Assembly: GCF_006345805.1 (NCBI RefSeq)
Contig: NC_043013.1
Location: forward strand, 16,926,001 to 16,990,000
Source of the DNA: Octopus sinensis
Taxonomy: Eukaryota
Reading direction: 5' to 3'
Length of the DNA stretch: 64,000 bases
Shown: one piece after another, positions 24,563-37,622 of the stretch
Position numbering within the stretch: position 1 is the stretch's first letter
Layout: the number at the start of each line of letters is the position of its first letter
Position numbers and translations under genes: made by a program
Notes under the pieces: generated by a model
Told to the model about the DNA's origin: nothing
Databases searched by the model: none
What the model saw: the letters and a program-made list of their open reading frames with translations, nothing else

Positions 24563-25829
24563 TTAAAGCTTGTGCTGCATTATTCGATTTTCACACCGTT
24601 TACTGAGAGGTTTGCGGAAGCGATCCACCGTTCTGTCCACAGCCAAATTCTTCTTCATGTTATCACAGTTGACTTTTTTTTTGTTGACATTATGATAGTG
24701 ATGCGTGAGAGCAACGTGCTGATGGACTTTCACTGTCCATGGCATTGCTTCCACCGAGACAAATGAATGACAATAATGCGTAAACAATGAAAGACAGTAT
24801 CTGGGATTGACGAGAGAACGGAAATCTCGCATTTCCTCGCTAGGAGGATCTCGCTTCAAGTAGCGGAGAAAGTTTGAAAATGCAGGATCTTTTGTATCAG
24901 CAGCGCAAAGATTGAAAACAGTATTTTGGAAAAGGTATGATGTGGCTGGCACCACAAGCCCTTCAGTTCGATCGACATAGTCGAGTAACGCGCTATAGTT
25001 GTTGTGTATACGTGGTATGACAATCTCGTCAAAGTTTAACAGAATGAAGATGTAGTGATATCGATACATATTTTTCCACATACAGTCATTGAGCGATAAA
25101 GAAGATATGATTTTAAAGTCTGACCAGAATCCATATCGTCTGGGAACTGACACATAATTAAGCCTAACAAAGCCATCTTTCTGATATTGGTTTAACACCC
25201 GTGACATGTTGCTGGAAAAGGTGTGATAATACAGTGTTATCTCGTCGATGCCAAACATCTGATGAGCTTCCATCCATTCTATGATGTGATATGGATGGAC
25301 ATTGACATTCGTACTCGACATGCAGATACCAAATTCTTTCACAGGTTCCTCTTTTTGTGGCACCTGTACCTGAAGGAAAGTTGTCGGCACTGAACATCGT
25401 GGACCCGTCAAGGACACATAAATTGGTGGTTGGGTTGAGTTACATGCACAAGTGAAGAAAAACTGCTCGACTATTCGCCCTTTCTTTACTTCATCAACAT
25501 CATGGTTCAAAGTGGTTGCTTTTATCACATCTGGAAAGAAAGAGTCAGCATACCAAAGTAGACAAATAAGTTCCTGAGGAATTCCTGTGCCAACAGCCAG
25601 GATGTGAACAGCACGACTGTCTCCCAGGGGCCGGTAGTGAGCCGAATACAGCAGTACATCTCTCCGTCGGTCATGGATTGACTGCCAACTGTGGACATTA
25701 TGAGGGCGGATTAACGTTCGATTTAGCTTCGCCAGGCACACCAAATAATCAGTTGAGGATAACAGTTTACAAGTCTGAATTATGATATAGATGAGGATCC
25801 AAGACACTACGAAAGCTGTTGTTCCACGC
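24563..25829 (-). CDS. Glycosyltransferase family 92 (DUF23 / galt-1-like) protein, large terminal coding exon
   Basis: Uninterrupted frame from acceptor ttttttag|G at 25830/31 to the stop at 24563. N-terminal TM (AFVVSWILIYIII). Motifs FGICM, IEWMEAHQMFGIDEITLY, LNDCMWKNMYRY, NFDEIVIP, RSLVNPRYC...THYC and HHY match the GT92 pattern. GC-richer than the flanks. Confidence 0.85.
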
Positions 25830-26136
25830 CTAAAAAAGAAAAAAAAAAAGAGGAAAAATAGAGAATTGAAAGAAACAAAACAACAAAGAAATAAAATGTT
25901 TCAAATAATTTAAAATTTTCGAACTTTTAATCACCTCTTTCATATTTCTCATTCCAATATTATCATTAAATCATTCTCCAATTCATCTTTCTCTGTCATA
26001 TTCCTATATATATAAACAAATCTCTATCTTAAAATTCAGATGCTCTATTTTTAATAGTTTTAACACATGCACACACACACACACACACAAAATTACAATC
26101 CTATAAATGTGCATGTATGTTTATATGTGTGAGTGA

Positions 26137-26178
<42 letters not shown>

Positions 26179-26361
26179 TTGGTAATACAAACAGAAAAAT
26201 AAAACTCAAAACATGAGTATATATATATATTTTTTTAATCGGTAGAAGTTATAGTATAACTTCTGCTCATTAAAATTAAACATATATATATATATACAGT
26301 AACATTTTTTTGCCATTATAACATGACTATTCTATAAAGAACTATGTTACTACATTTTAAC

Positions 26362-26617
26362 CCCAGGAAAACATCTTTTCCAGCTGCTTAACAACACACA
26401 ACCTGTGTCTGATATATTGTAAGGGAGAGAATCACTCCCCTCCAGCTTGGCAAAACCAGTAGACTATGGTTTCTGGATCTTTACCCTTCATTGGTACTAG
26501 ACACCTGCCTGCTAGAGATGGCACTCAATCATCCCTACTGACAATATATAAACAGAGAAGCGGCAGAAAGCCGCTGGTCTCGTAATGAGCAATGTAGCTA
26601 GTTCTAAAATCTCACTG
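26362..26617. other. 256-bp segment flanked by a 17-bp direct repeat (probable truncated retro-insertion)
   Basis: tgttactacattttaac at 26345-26361 and 26618-26634. Confidence 0.55.
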
Positions 26618-27420
26618 TGTTACTACATTTTAACTTCATATGTGTGTGTGTGTATGTGTATTTGCGTGCGTGTGTGTGTGCATACATGTATCATCATCAT
26701 CATCGTTTAACGTCTGTTTTCCATGCTAGTACGGATTGGACAGTTCGACTGGGGTCCAGTCTGATCTGACAGTGTTTCTACAGCTGAATGCCCTTCCTAA
26801 CTCCAACCACTCCGTGAGTGTAGTGGGTTCTTTTTACATGCCACCAGCACAGGTGCCAGAGGAGGCTGGCAGCAGCCACGATCGGTTGGTGCTTTTTACG
26901 TGCCATCAGCACAGAAGCCAGTCAAGGCGGCGCTGGCATTGGCTACGTTTGGATGGTGCTTGTTACATGCCACCGGCACAGGTATAACAACTACAATTTC
27001 CATATGTATGTGTATTTTAATGCTTGTTTTTATGTTGAGTTATAATAGAAACAATTCTACAGTAAACTAAAGGATTACTCAATACTTATTGTAGAATACA
27101 TATTTAACAAGAAGTGTTGACAGTGACTTCAAAGTTTTGAACTGGTTTACTCTCAGTAGACTGAGTACATTTGAGTTCATCTTCATTTTAATTAATCTCC
27201 GTTAAGTTTAAAATTTGTGGAGTATATGGAGTTCTGCTGAATGATTATTAAATTATAAGATAGGTTATGAGGGAGATTTTTATGGATTAAATTCAGAGTT
27301 ATGTTATTGTTCAGAATTGACTCATGCGTGCAGACTTTGTAATCAAGTACATCTAGGTGTGTCATCTTAAGATGCAGTTCACAAAGAAACTTAGTTGTTT
27401 TTATTTGCATACAAATGGGA

Positions 27421-27870
27421 GATTTAACCTGTTTGTTTTAAGAATGTGAAGGTTATAATTCAGAGTTCAGTTTGGCATATAAAACTTTTTAATAATGTGT
27501 TTTATTTATGTGTATCAGGTTTTAAGTCATGGAGTTTTTTTAAGGGTTTGCAAAAGAATGTAAGTAGGTGGAAAAGTTAGTTGGTTAGCAGATTTCTTTC
27601 TTGATTGTTGGGGCTTTTAAAAGATTTAACCTGTTTGTTTTGAGGAGGTGGAGCTATAATTCAGAGTTCAGAAAAGCATGTTAGACTGTGATTAAGTGCA
27701 TCTATTTAAGAATGTCAACATTAGATCATGGTGGTGTTAGTGTAGAAATTTGTTTAACTTGTGCTTTTAAAGTCCACAAAAGGATGGAGGTAGGTGGAAA
27801 AATTAGTTGGTCAGCAGTTTTCTCACAAGAGGTTAATTGCTCTTGATGTTATTTAATTACTATTTAGAAA
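27421..27870. repeat. Degenerate tandem duplication of a ~200-250-bp unit
   Basis: 'gatttaacctgtttgttt...ataattcagagttcag...gtaggtggaaaa.ttagttggt.agcag' recurs from 27421 and ~27622. Confidence 0.6.
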
Positions 27871-28340
27871 ATTTAACCTCTGTATTTTGGGGAAGTAAAG
27901 TTTGTGGGCCGTTTTTTAATAAATATTTCTAGTATTTAATTTCAAACACTGATATTATTAATAATATTTATTTATTATTTTGGATCAATGAATATACAAA
28001 AATGTGAACGTTATAAAAATGTGTTTATATAACTTTATATAAAAATAAATATACACAAAAATTCTCCAACACGCTTGTACATGTGTGTGTGTATCTATGT
28101 ATATGCACTTATATATATATAATTTAAATAAAAATAAGCTAACAGAAATAATTGAGAGTGGGTGACTATGAATAATATAAACGAACAAAGGAATATCAAA
28201 TAACAACATAAATTCATGATTGTTAGTTTTGTTTTATTTTTCAACACATTCTTGCACCTCATGTTATATATTCATATATTCACTGCTTATCTCCTTACAT
28301 TATAATTGTCCTCATTTTACTTGCACGCATTTTATATCTA

Positions 28341-28388
<48 letters not shown>

Positions 28389-28766
28389 ATAGTATCCTTG
28401 AAGATGGCCACTGAATGAGCCAACAGAAAACAGAGACCTGATTGAGAAGGTTTATTAGTCTGGAAAATTTAACTATTTTCGCAGTAAATCAAACACAAAA
28501 ATTTAATTATATAAATCAAATAATAATAATTTGTTCTACCAACTTGGAGAATCCACATCAGATTTTATAATTAAGGATGAAACAAGGAACAATAGGGACA
28601 TGTTAAATTAGAATAATTAGTAATTAGCGTCCTGATGAAGAAAAGATAAAACACAGTTATATAGTGTATTTTTGTACAGAGCAATTACATAAACTCACCC
28701 GTGATTACTGGATAAATTATTTATCTATATATTATATATATGTACACACATATATACACATGTAAA

Positions 28767-28797
<31 letters not shown>

Positions 28798-29515
28798 GTA
28801 GTACACTACTCTGTAGCCATCACTGGCAAGCGAATATGGCTTAATAACAGATACCATGCTTTTGCTAATTGTTTTAAGTGCCTGTGTAGTCATAAGCAAA
28901 CTAGGAACACCGTCCCCTCCACTTCACCACTTTTGTCCCAGCAAAACATTGAAAATGTGGCAACTGGTGGGAGGGAAAGCAGCACCAACACTTGGCTAGT
29001 GCACATTTCCAATTGAGTAGACTGGAACAATGACGAAAGAAGTACTTTTGTCAAGGACTCAACAAGCTGCCCATTCCATGAATTGAACATGACCCATATA
29101 CATGGACAAAAGCCAAACATCCTAATCGCAAAGCCACACACCAACATACTTTATTAGTTAATTAAAGGAAGAGAGATGACACTGACCATATTTGTAGGTT
29201 ATTGTCCAAGACTGGTGAGACTGATGCCATAAATGGTCAATCTGAATAGCTGAAGATCAATGTCTTCAGGAAATATATGGACTGGGAGAGAACTTGGTGG
29301 GGATAGAGTCAGTCTTGCTATAAAGGGAACTCTGCTTAAAATACCAAGAAGTGGGTGATAGTGGTGGTGCTGTGTATTTAGCTGGGTGGCATGTTTGGAC
29401 TACCACCACACTAATGACACCCAAAGATGATGTAGATTTTAAACAGAACAATGTGTTAGGCCAACCATCCAACCTCTGGGCACATCCCACCCAGGAGTGG
29501 ATGGTAGCATGTTAA

Positions 29516-29728
29516 CCCTTCTATTACCATATTCCTGCTGAAATACACTGCCTCTGTTTCAATTTACTTTGAAAATAATGAGGAGTTTAATAAAACAACA
29601 TTTTATTAAGTCAGTGTTTAGAACATAAATTAACATGAAATTTTGGTGGAAGGTCTTTTAGATTACTTTAAAGCAGAAAGTTCGTTTCATTGAACCAGAG
29701 TTGGGTTGGACAGATTGGTATAAAAGGG
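29516..29728. mobile_element. Older piggyBac-type MITE related to 4723-4941
   Basis: TTAA|cccttctattac ... ggtataaaaggg, with internal similarity ('tagtgtt.agaacataaatt...ttggtggaag'). Confidence 0.6.
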
Positions 29729-31436
29729 ATTAAACTTGTGCTACCAATACACACCTCAACCATAAGGGGGGAAAGATCAGGGCTAGATCAATAACAAGAC
29801 CAAATGTCAGTTTTAATATATACATGGTACAATGAATACAATTGGATAATGTTTGAAGAGATGAGGAGAGTTTGAGAGAGAGAGAGAGAGAGATGAGGGA
29901 CAGTATATGAGATAGAGAAAAGTGGAAAATAATGGTTTAGTGAGAGCGAAAGAAATTGCCATAGGGTAGAGAGAAGGGGAAAGAGAGAAAGATAGAATGA
30001 AAGAAATATAAAGAGAGAAAAAGAGAGGCCAAGGAAAAAAGAGAGAGACTGAATGTCAAAAGGAAGTTTTAACTAGAGAGAGAGAGATAGGGAAAGAAAG
30101 AGAGAGAGAGAGGTGTGGTAAAGGAAAGTTCATGCAAGTGAATTGTAAATTCATTAAAAAACAGTTTTTCTTCTAAAATGGTGAAACTACTAGTATTAAT
30201 CTGTTTGACATGCTGACAACAACATCAGATATTGCGAGAGAAGGGTTATTGGTGATGTGAACTGTCTGCAAAGAAACACAGATGGTAACAATAACAAAGA
30301 CATCAAATATGGGTCAACTGGAAGAATAATGGTCAACATAGTAAGTGAAGAACCAATCTCACCTTTTTCATTTTTTTATACCCCAACCCACCAATCAAGG
30401 AAAATAAAAAAGGGGGGAAAAAATAAAGAAAATAAAAGAAAAATTTAAAGGATTTAATTTCATTATATGCTAAGATAACTATGAAACAAAAATGTTAATG
30501 TATTTAGATCATTAGTTTAAGGTTGTTTGAACTTTTTCTCCTTCCTTCCTTCAAATTTCAGTCTGCTTAGCTTATATATCATCATCAACATCGTTGTCAT
30601 TTAATGTCCACTTTCCATGCTGGCATGGGTTGGACGGTTTGACTGAGGACTGACAAGACAGGAGGCTGCAACAGGCTCCAATCTGATTTGGCAAGGTTTC
30701 TGCAGCTGGATGCCCTTCCTAATGGCAACCACTCAGAGTGTAGTGGGTGCTTTTTACATGCCACTGGCATAGGAGACAGTCAGGCAGCATTGGCATCGAC
30801 CACACTCGAATTGTTCTTTTATGTACCACCGGCACAGGTGCCAGTTAGGTGGCACTGGCATCAGTCACATTTGAATGGTGCTTTTTACATGCCACTAGCA
30901 CTAGCATCAACCGTGTGTGTATATGTGTGTGTGCACACGCGTGCATGTGTATATCTATGTCAGTTGCCATGATAGATCGTTAGCCACTATACACATTTTT
31001 TTTCTGTGTCCCTTTCTGTAGAAGAGTGTAGGCTTGAAATGTAAAAGACTTTTTCTATTCCTGAGCGTTATACTAATACATCTGTTTGTTTTGTACACCA
31101 CCTGTCTTCGTCTTGTTTTTTTCGTAACAAATTACCATACTGATGATGGCTGTTGAGCCAGAAACACATATCTACAACTGTTCTCTAATCTCCAGGCAAT
31201 AAACCTGACCTTTTCCTTAATGGTATGTTAACTTTAGAGCATTCTTGAAACTTGAGATTATCTCCCCTTTTAAGTGGAGCAGGTTTCAATTGCCATTTGG
31301 TAATTATGATACATCTTTTAGAGGCAGAGATAGTTTCCATAAATGATCTATGTTGTATAGTATTTGATAAACCTGTATTTATGTGTGTGTGTGTTTGCAT
31401 ATGTGTGTGTGTGTGCACGCGCACATGTTTATATAC

Positions 31437-31526
31437 TTCTTTATTTGTGTATAAAGGCTACCATTGGTTTCATGTTAAAATATCTTAACATGAAACCAAT
31501 GGTAGCCTTAATACACAAATAAAGAA
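31437..31526. repeat. 42-bp-stem hairpin with one mismatch and a 6-nt loop
   Basis: 31437-31478 versus the reverse complement of 31485-31526. Confidence 0.9.
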
Positions 31527-31592
31527 ATTTTATCCATTAATGCAGTGTTGAGCACTCATTCTCATCGTTCGACATGAACATGCATATATATA

Positions 31593-31642
<50 letters not shown>

Positions 31643-31878
31643 ATGTATGTGTGCATATATATTACACATCTGAAGCTATCCACCAAGTCTGTGGCCAATG
31701 AATGAGAGCATCACTACTCTTTACTTCAGAATTCTAATTCAGATAAATAATTCTTTGACCATGGTGTCATTATGGAACACCATACAGTACAAGTTTTAAT
31801 AATTCATTAAATGGTTCTCTTAGTTAACATTCAGTCTTGTACAGTACTGTGTCACGGACACGTTGAGGAATAAGACAC

Positions 31879-31916
31879 CTTTTTATCTGGTTCCACTGCA
31901 CCATGGTTTTGGCCAT
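31879..31916 (-). CDS. Probable first coding exon of the GT92 gene (exon 31879-31929, ATG at 31916)
   Basis: Strong acceptor ttttctctcttgtatttag. ATG GCC...AAA AG|gtgtct ends in phase 2, matching the single nucleotide that starts the 25829 exon. Joined product MAKTMVQWNQIKRRGTTAFVVSWILIYIII (basic residues then TM), 434 aa. The donor is non-optimal. Confidence 0.55.
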
Positions 31917-33469
31917 GCTGGAGTGATTTCTAAATACAAGAGAGAAAATGTTAGATTTCACCAATGATTTTTCTCTGTATGTGTGCATGTGCCATCAGCT
32001 ATATGTTCATATTTTGCAGAGAACTAGCAAAATCAATACAGCGCAAGAAGAAAAAAAATGTCTTTCAGTGATTAGGCACAGCCCTTTCTGTTCTGAGTTC
32101 AAATTTTGCCCAGACTGATGTTGATGCTGTTTTTCTTTCAAGGTTCAATAAAATAAAGTACCAATCAAGTACTGGGGTTATGTCATTAACTATACTATCT
32201 TTCAAAATGTGTTCTATTCTACCTATGTTAGATAACATTATCTCATCATTATCATCATCATCGTTTAACGTCTGCTTTCCATGCTGGCATGGCTTGGACG
32301 ATTTGACTGGGGTCTGGTGAACCAGATGGCTGCACCAAGCCCCAGTCTGATCTGGCAGAGTTTCTACAGCTGGATGCCCTTCCTAACGCCAACCACTCCG
32401 AGAGTGTAGTGGGTGCTTTTACGTGCTACTGGCACGAGGGCCAGTCAGGTGGTACTAGCAACGGCCATGCTCAAGTGGTGTTTTTTATGTGCCACCAGCA
32501 CAGGAGCCAGTCCAGTGGCACTGGCAATGACCTCGCTCAAATGTTTTTTGACGAGGTGTCAGAAACGTTAGCATGCCAGGTGAAATGCTTAGCAGTATTT
32601 TATCTGTCTTTACATTCTGAGTTCAAATTCTGCCAAGGTCGGCTTGGCCTTTCATCCTTTCAGGATTGATAAATTAAGAACCAGTTTAATACTGGGGTCG
32701 ATCTAATCAACTGGCCCCCTCTCACAAAATTTTGGGCCTAGTGCCTAGAGTAGAAATGATTATTTTATTTATTTATTCTACTTTTACTATTGAGTACTTT
32801 GGAGTTATTGTTTTCCATTCTGTTCATTCAACCAACCAATGGATGAATCAATAATCAATTAATCAATCTATATACGTAAGTATGTATGTATGTATGTATG
32901 AATTTCATCTAAGAGAGCTAAGACACAAAACAGTGATTCAATGCAAGGAAGAGAAAGATGAATAAAAATTTATTACATATCATTGAATACCTGACAGTTG
33001 CAAAAATGTTTAAATATTTTTGCTTTTCCCAGAAGTATAAATTTGAAAGAATTCAATGGTATTAAAACATTTGCACAACATATAAGCATGTTTTGGTTGT
33101 CTTAGCCATCCATACAAGCTCATTCTTTTTGTTAGACAGACAGACTTAAATATGTTGATGTGTTGAAATAGCCTTGACCTTCAGTCAACAACTGACGAGA
33201 TAAGTGTTTCCATGTGTGTGTTGTCTGCATTCTACTTATTTTGTATGTTAAATTTCTGTGTGTGTAACCCAAATAGGAAGAAGAAAAAAATCTTTAACAC
33301 ATCTTTAATGATCAGTTACGATTGTTTCTGTACTATTCTGCTTTCATTGTTAGTTTATGTGAAGGTTCAAAGTGAAAATTTGCAGAGTATTCACAGTTTT
33401 AGACATTAGAGCGGCACTACTTCAGATCTGCATTAAGGGTGCACTTTTACATTGTGTGTCTGCCAGACT

Positions 33470-34275
33470 TCACTTTTTTCGACCTGGAAAGGATGAAAGG
33501 CGAAGTCAACCCCAGCAGAATTTGAACTCAGATCATAAGGACGGATGAAATGCTGCTAAGCATTTTGCCTGGCATGCTAATGATTCTGCCAGTTCTCCAC
33601 CTTTAATGATAATCCTTTCTACTAAAGGCACAAGGCCTGAAATTTTGAAGGGGGAACTAGTCAATCACCCCAGTACTTAATTTATTGACCCACAAAAGGA
33701 TGAAAGACAAAATCAACTTTGCCAGAATTTAAATTCAGAACATAGTGATGGGTGAAATACTAAGCATTTCACCCAGCATGCTAACAATTCTACCAGCTCA
33801 CTGCTTTATTAATAATCATTAATAATTAATAATAATAATTTTGGCACATGGCTTGCAGTTTTGAGGGAAAGGGATAATTCATATAATCAACCCCCAGGAG
33901 TTGATTGGTACTTTATTTTATTGACCTTGACAGGATTTGAACTTAGGATGTAATGAGCCATAACTAAATACCACAAAATATTTTGTCTGATGATCTACCA
34001 ATTCACAAGCAATAATAATAACGATGATGATTTTTTTTAATAATAATAATAATAATAATAGTTTCAAATTTTGGCACAAGGCCAGCAATTTTGGGGGAGG
34101 GACTAAGTCAATTACATTGACCTTAGTGCTTAACTTCGTGCTTAATTTTATCAACCCTGAAAGGATGAAAAGCAATGTTGACCCCAATGGAATTTGAACC
34201 CAGAACAGAAAGAGGGACAAAATGCCACTAAGCATTTTGTCCAGTGTGCTAATGTTTCTGGCAGCTTACCACCGT
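33470..34275 (-). mobile_element. Head-to-tail OK-related SINE cluster (about 4 copies)
   Basis: Same units as 20975-23640, with (TAA)n spacers. Confidence 0.8.
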
Positions 34276-34278
34276 AAC

Positions 34279-34312
<34 letters not shown>

Positions 34313-35158
34313 CAACAGTAAATAAAATAATAATTATAATAATAATAATAATGATGATGATAAATAATAAAGGGAGATTGGTAATTCCATGAAAGTGCAG
34401 CACAGTTAATGTCAACTTTGATTACATTTTTTCACAAAAAAAAAAAAATAGAGAAGAGTTTCATTGCTTGAGAATAGTCAGGTGAATAAGAGACTTTCAC
34501 AGAGTTTATTGAATACAATAATAATATTTTCACTGTAATAAGGCTTCCCATGATGCACAGATCATGAACAAGCTGAAGAGATATACAGCATAGCATATAT
34601 AATATATATTATATAGTATATATTATCTCATATATTATATAATACAAATATATAATATATATCTAATATGATATGTATGATATATAATATTATATATATG
34701 TGTGTATATATCTATACATGTGTATATATGGTATATGTATACACTCACAACAACTACCTTACCTCTTTCGTTTTGTTTTCTCTCCTGCTTTCCTGATTTG
34801 AGAGAGAAAGAGAAATAAGGAAAAAAAAATACAAAGAATACAAAATAAAATTTAGGCTTCTTCATGGAGTTTCTGAAATAGGGATCATGAACCCTCAGAT
34901 ATTTTCCCTGTTATAACAGAAAACTGAATGTAAGGAGCAAGGAATATATATTTGTTGCCTTTTTTTTAACATTTGCTTTTCTTTCTTTTCTTTGCCTCTC
35001 AAAAACAAAAAAAAAAACAACAAAATAAACAAGGTTGAGGATGAGCAAGTGAAGAGGACAAAAAAAATGTTTATTTTATATATTTTTTCAACATTTTTTT
35101 TTTATATATATACATATATTCTTTTAAAGTGGAATAAGGCTGTGTCTTCTTGACTGAC

Positions 35159-35284
35159 CTCCTCACAGCTCCCCATCTCCCCAACAAACTTGCTAAGATT
35201 GATATGGCCAATGTCCAGTTGCTGGGTGGGACATTGGATTGTTTTAGCTTTGTTGAATTTTTCAAAATTTACAGTTTCAAAGAA
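35159..35284 (-). other. Putative 126-nt exon (phase 0-0)
   Basis: ccaacag| ... gag|gtcagt. Only frame 0 is open: FFETVNFEKFNKAKTIQCPTQQLDIGHINLSKFVGEMGSCEE. Weak polypyrimidine tract; no recognised homology. Confidence 0.3.
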
Positions 35285-35356
35285 CTGTTGGAGCATAACC
35301 TTTATTATCAATGTTAACATCATCATCAATTTTATCATCATCACCACCTTCCAAGT

Positions 35357-35668
35357 GTGCCTATATCAGATACGCTGGACATCAACACCTCCCCTTTTAC
35401 CATATTTGAACTAACAGCGGCCACTAAACAACTGAAAGCCTTGAAAGCATTTGGTCCTGACAACATCCCAGTTATAATTTGGAATGATGATAGATTTCAC
35501 GTACTTTTGCTCAGTCTTTGCAATCACACACTTTCCACTTTTATAGCTCGAAAGATTTGGCACCAATCTCAAATCATCCCAATATCCAAAAAAGGCGACT
35601 TATCCCTCGTCACCAACTACAGGGGTATATCTCTAACGTCAATTGCTGCAAAATTGTACAACAAACTG
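35357..35668 (+). mobile_element. RTE-like LINE reverse transcriptase N-terminal fragment
   Basis: KAFGPDNIP...WHQSQIIPISKKGDLSLVTNYRGISLTSIAAKLYNKLIL. Confidence 0.85.
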
Positions 35669-37274
35669 ATTCTAAACCACCATCATCATCATCTTCACTA
35701 CCATCAACTAATATGGTTGCCATCATTACCTTGTTCACCCTCCCCAACATCATCATTACCACACCACCATTATTATCTTCTTCACCATTGGCTCATGGTG
35801 AAACTAATAAAGTTTCACCATGAGCCAAAATCAGAGCCTCTGCATGGTTGCTGAGCTGCCAGAAATAGTAGGCAAATTCCCTACAAACTTCCCTACTGTC
35901 TTTAAAAAGAAACAATACTACACCACATAATACAACACAACACTCATACACATCACACTAACACTGTACTACAACATATACGTCAAACTGCACCACAACA
36001 TACTAAACCACATTATTGCATACCACATCATACCACACCAAAAACCACATACTACAACACAAACGACTACACATGCCTGTAACTCTTTTGGGGAACGAGG
36101 AGGAGGTGGTGATGGTGGTGGTGGTGGTGGAGGAGGAGGAAATATCCTCAGACCACAAATGTAGACTGAATGCTTACAACTGAGCAGACTCCACTAAAGG
36201 TACTGAAGGTGCCAAGAGGTGGTATTCAACTGGATGATGGATTAAGTTTTTGAGTTTTGTATTTGGTTTGCAAGATTCTTGAGGTGAACTCATGTGTCAA
36301 AACAGATTTTGTTGTATTTTGGGAGGGTCATTATGTCAATAATAAAAGTGCGTGCACACACACACGCAGGTTCGATTTCACTTCTTTATTTTTATTAGCC
36401 ATTTGGTTAATCATTTAGCCCAGTTAACTGATCAATTGCTTGATTAACCCTTTAACATTCAGATTACTCTTATTGATTCGCATAGTTTTGAATTAATCAT
36501 GCATCATCTCATAGCTTCAAAATTTCAATGATGTGATAGCTTAGTTTTAGAGTGACATCGTAGAGGACATGCGAGAGGCCAGTGTGAGACATCCCATCAT
36601 CCGATGCTCTAACCACCCTGCCAATTCACCAACTATACTCATATTTATATACCCTGCAGCAGGGGTTCCCAACCACCAAGTCATGGATTATTTGGTACCA
36701 AGCTGCACAGAAAGGGAAAGTTTTAAAATCTTATTGACTGTCACAACCTGCAGGGTAATTTTGCATTCTCTCTTATTTTCGACTTGTTTCAGTCATTTAA
36801 TTGCAGCCATGCTGGAGCACCAGCCTGAAGAACTTTTAGTTGAATAATCGACTCAGATACTTATTCCTTTTTTAAGACAGGTACTTATTCTATTGGTCTC
36901 TTTTACCAAACTGCAAAGTTATGGGAATGTAAACACACCAACATCAGTTGTCAAGTGGTGGTGGGGGACAAATGCAGAACAAAAGGTAACAACAGAAAAC
37001 TATTACCAGTAATAGCAATGGACCAATGAAAGAGTTACTATGTGGTCATTTAATCAGCTAGAAATAGTAAAGAAATCTCCCTCTGTTTTAGAAAAACCTA
37101 CATTGGAGAATACAGTCCTGGTTTCACTGCAGACAGGATTGTCATAAGCTGGGATGGTCATGGCTAAATGGCTTTGACCAGCAGGAACATCAATAACAAG
37201 AACAACAACAGTAGTAACATGAATAACAACTGACTGAATGAACGGATTTGTTTCCATTGCTGAAAGTGTCACTA

Positions 37275-37622
37275 AGAAATAAGAGAGAGAGAGAGAGATG
37301 AAGGGAAAAGAAATTGAGAGAAAGAAAAAGTAGAAGAGGAGTATAGAGAGAAAGAGACTGAAAAAAGTATTGAGAGGAGGGGGGAGCAGAGACAGAGGAA
37401 AGAGATGAAGAGAAAGAGGGAAGGGGAATGGGATAGGAGAGAGAGAAAGAAAAAGCGGAAAAGTGAGTTGAGAAATGGAGAGAGCAGGAGAGTGATAGGA
37501 GAGAGAGAAAGACAGACAGACAAAGGAAGAGAGAGAGAGAGAGAGAGTCAGACAAAGAAAGGCAAACAGAGATAGATAGATAGACAGACAGACAGACAAA
37601 GGAAGAGAGAGAGAGAGAGAGT
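37275..37622. repeat. Polypurine (GA/GACA)-rich tract
   Basis: About 350 nt strongly purine-dominated on +, with interspersed GACA/GATA units. A similar tract lies at ~29870-30115. Confidence 0.85.

Noticed and set aside
28395-28660. Hammerhead-like strings (ttgaaga-tggc..gcca; cctgatgaag)
   Set aside because: GAAA is displaced or stem II is absent, so a complete fold cannot be drawn.
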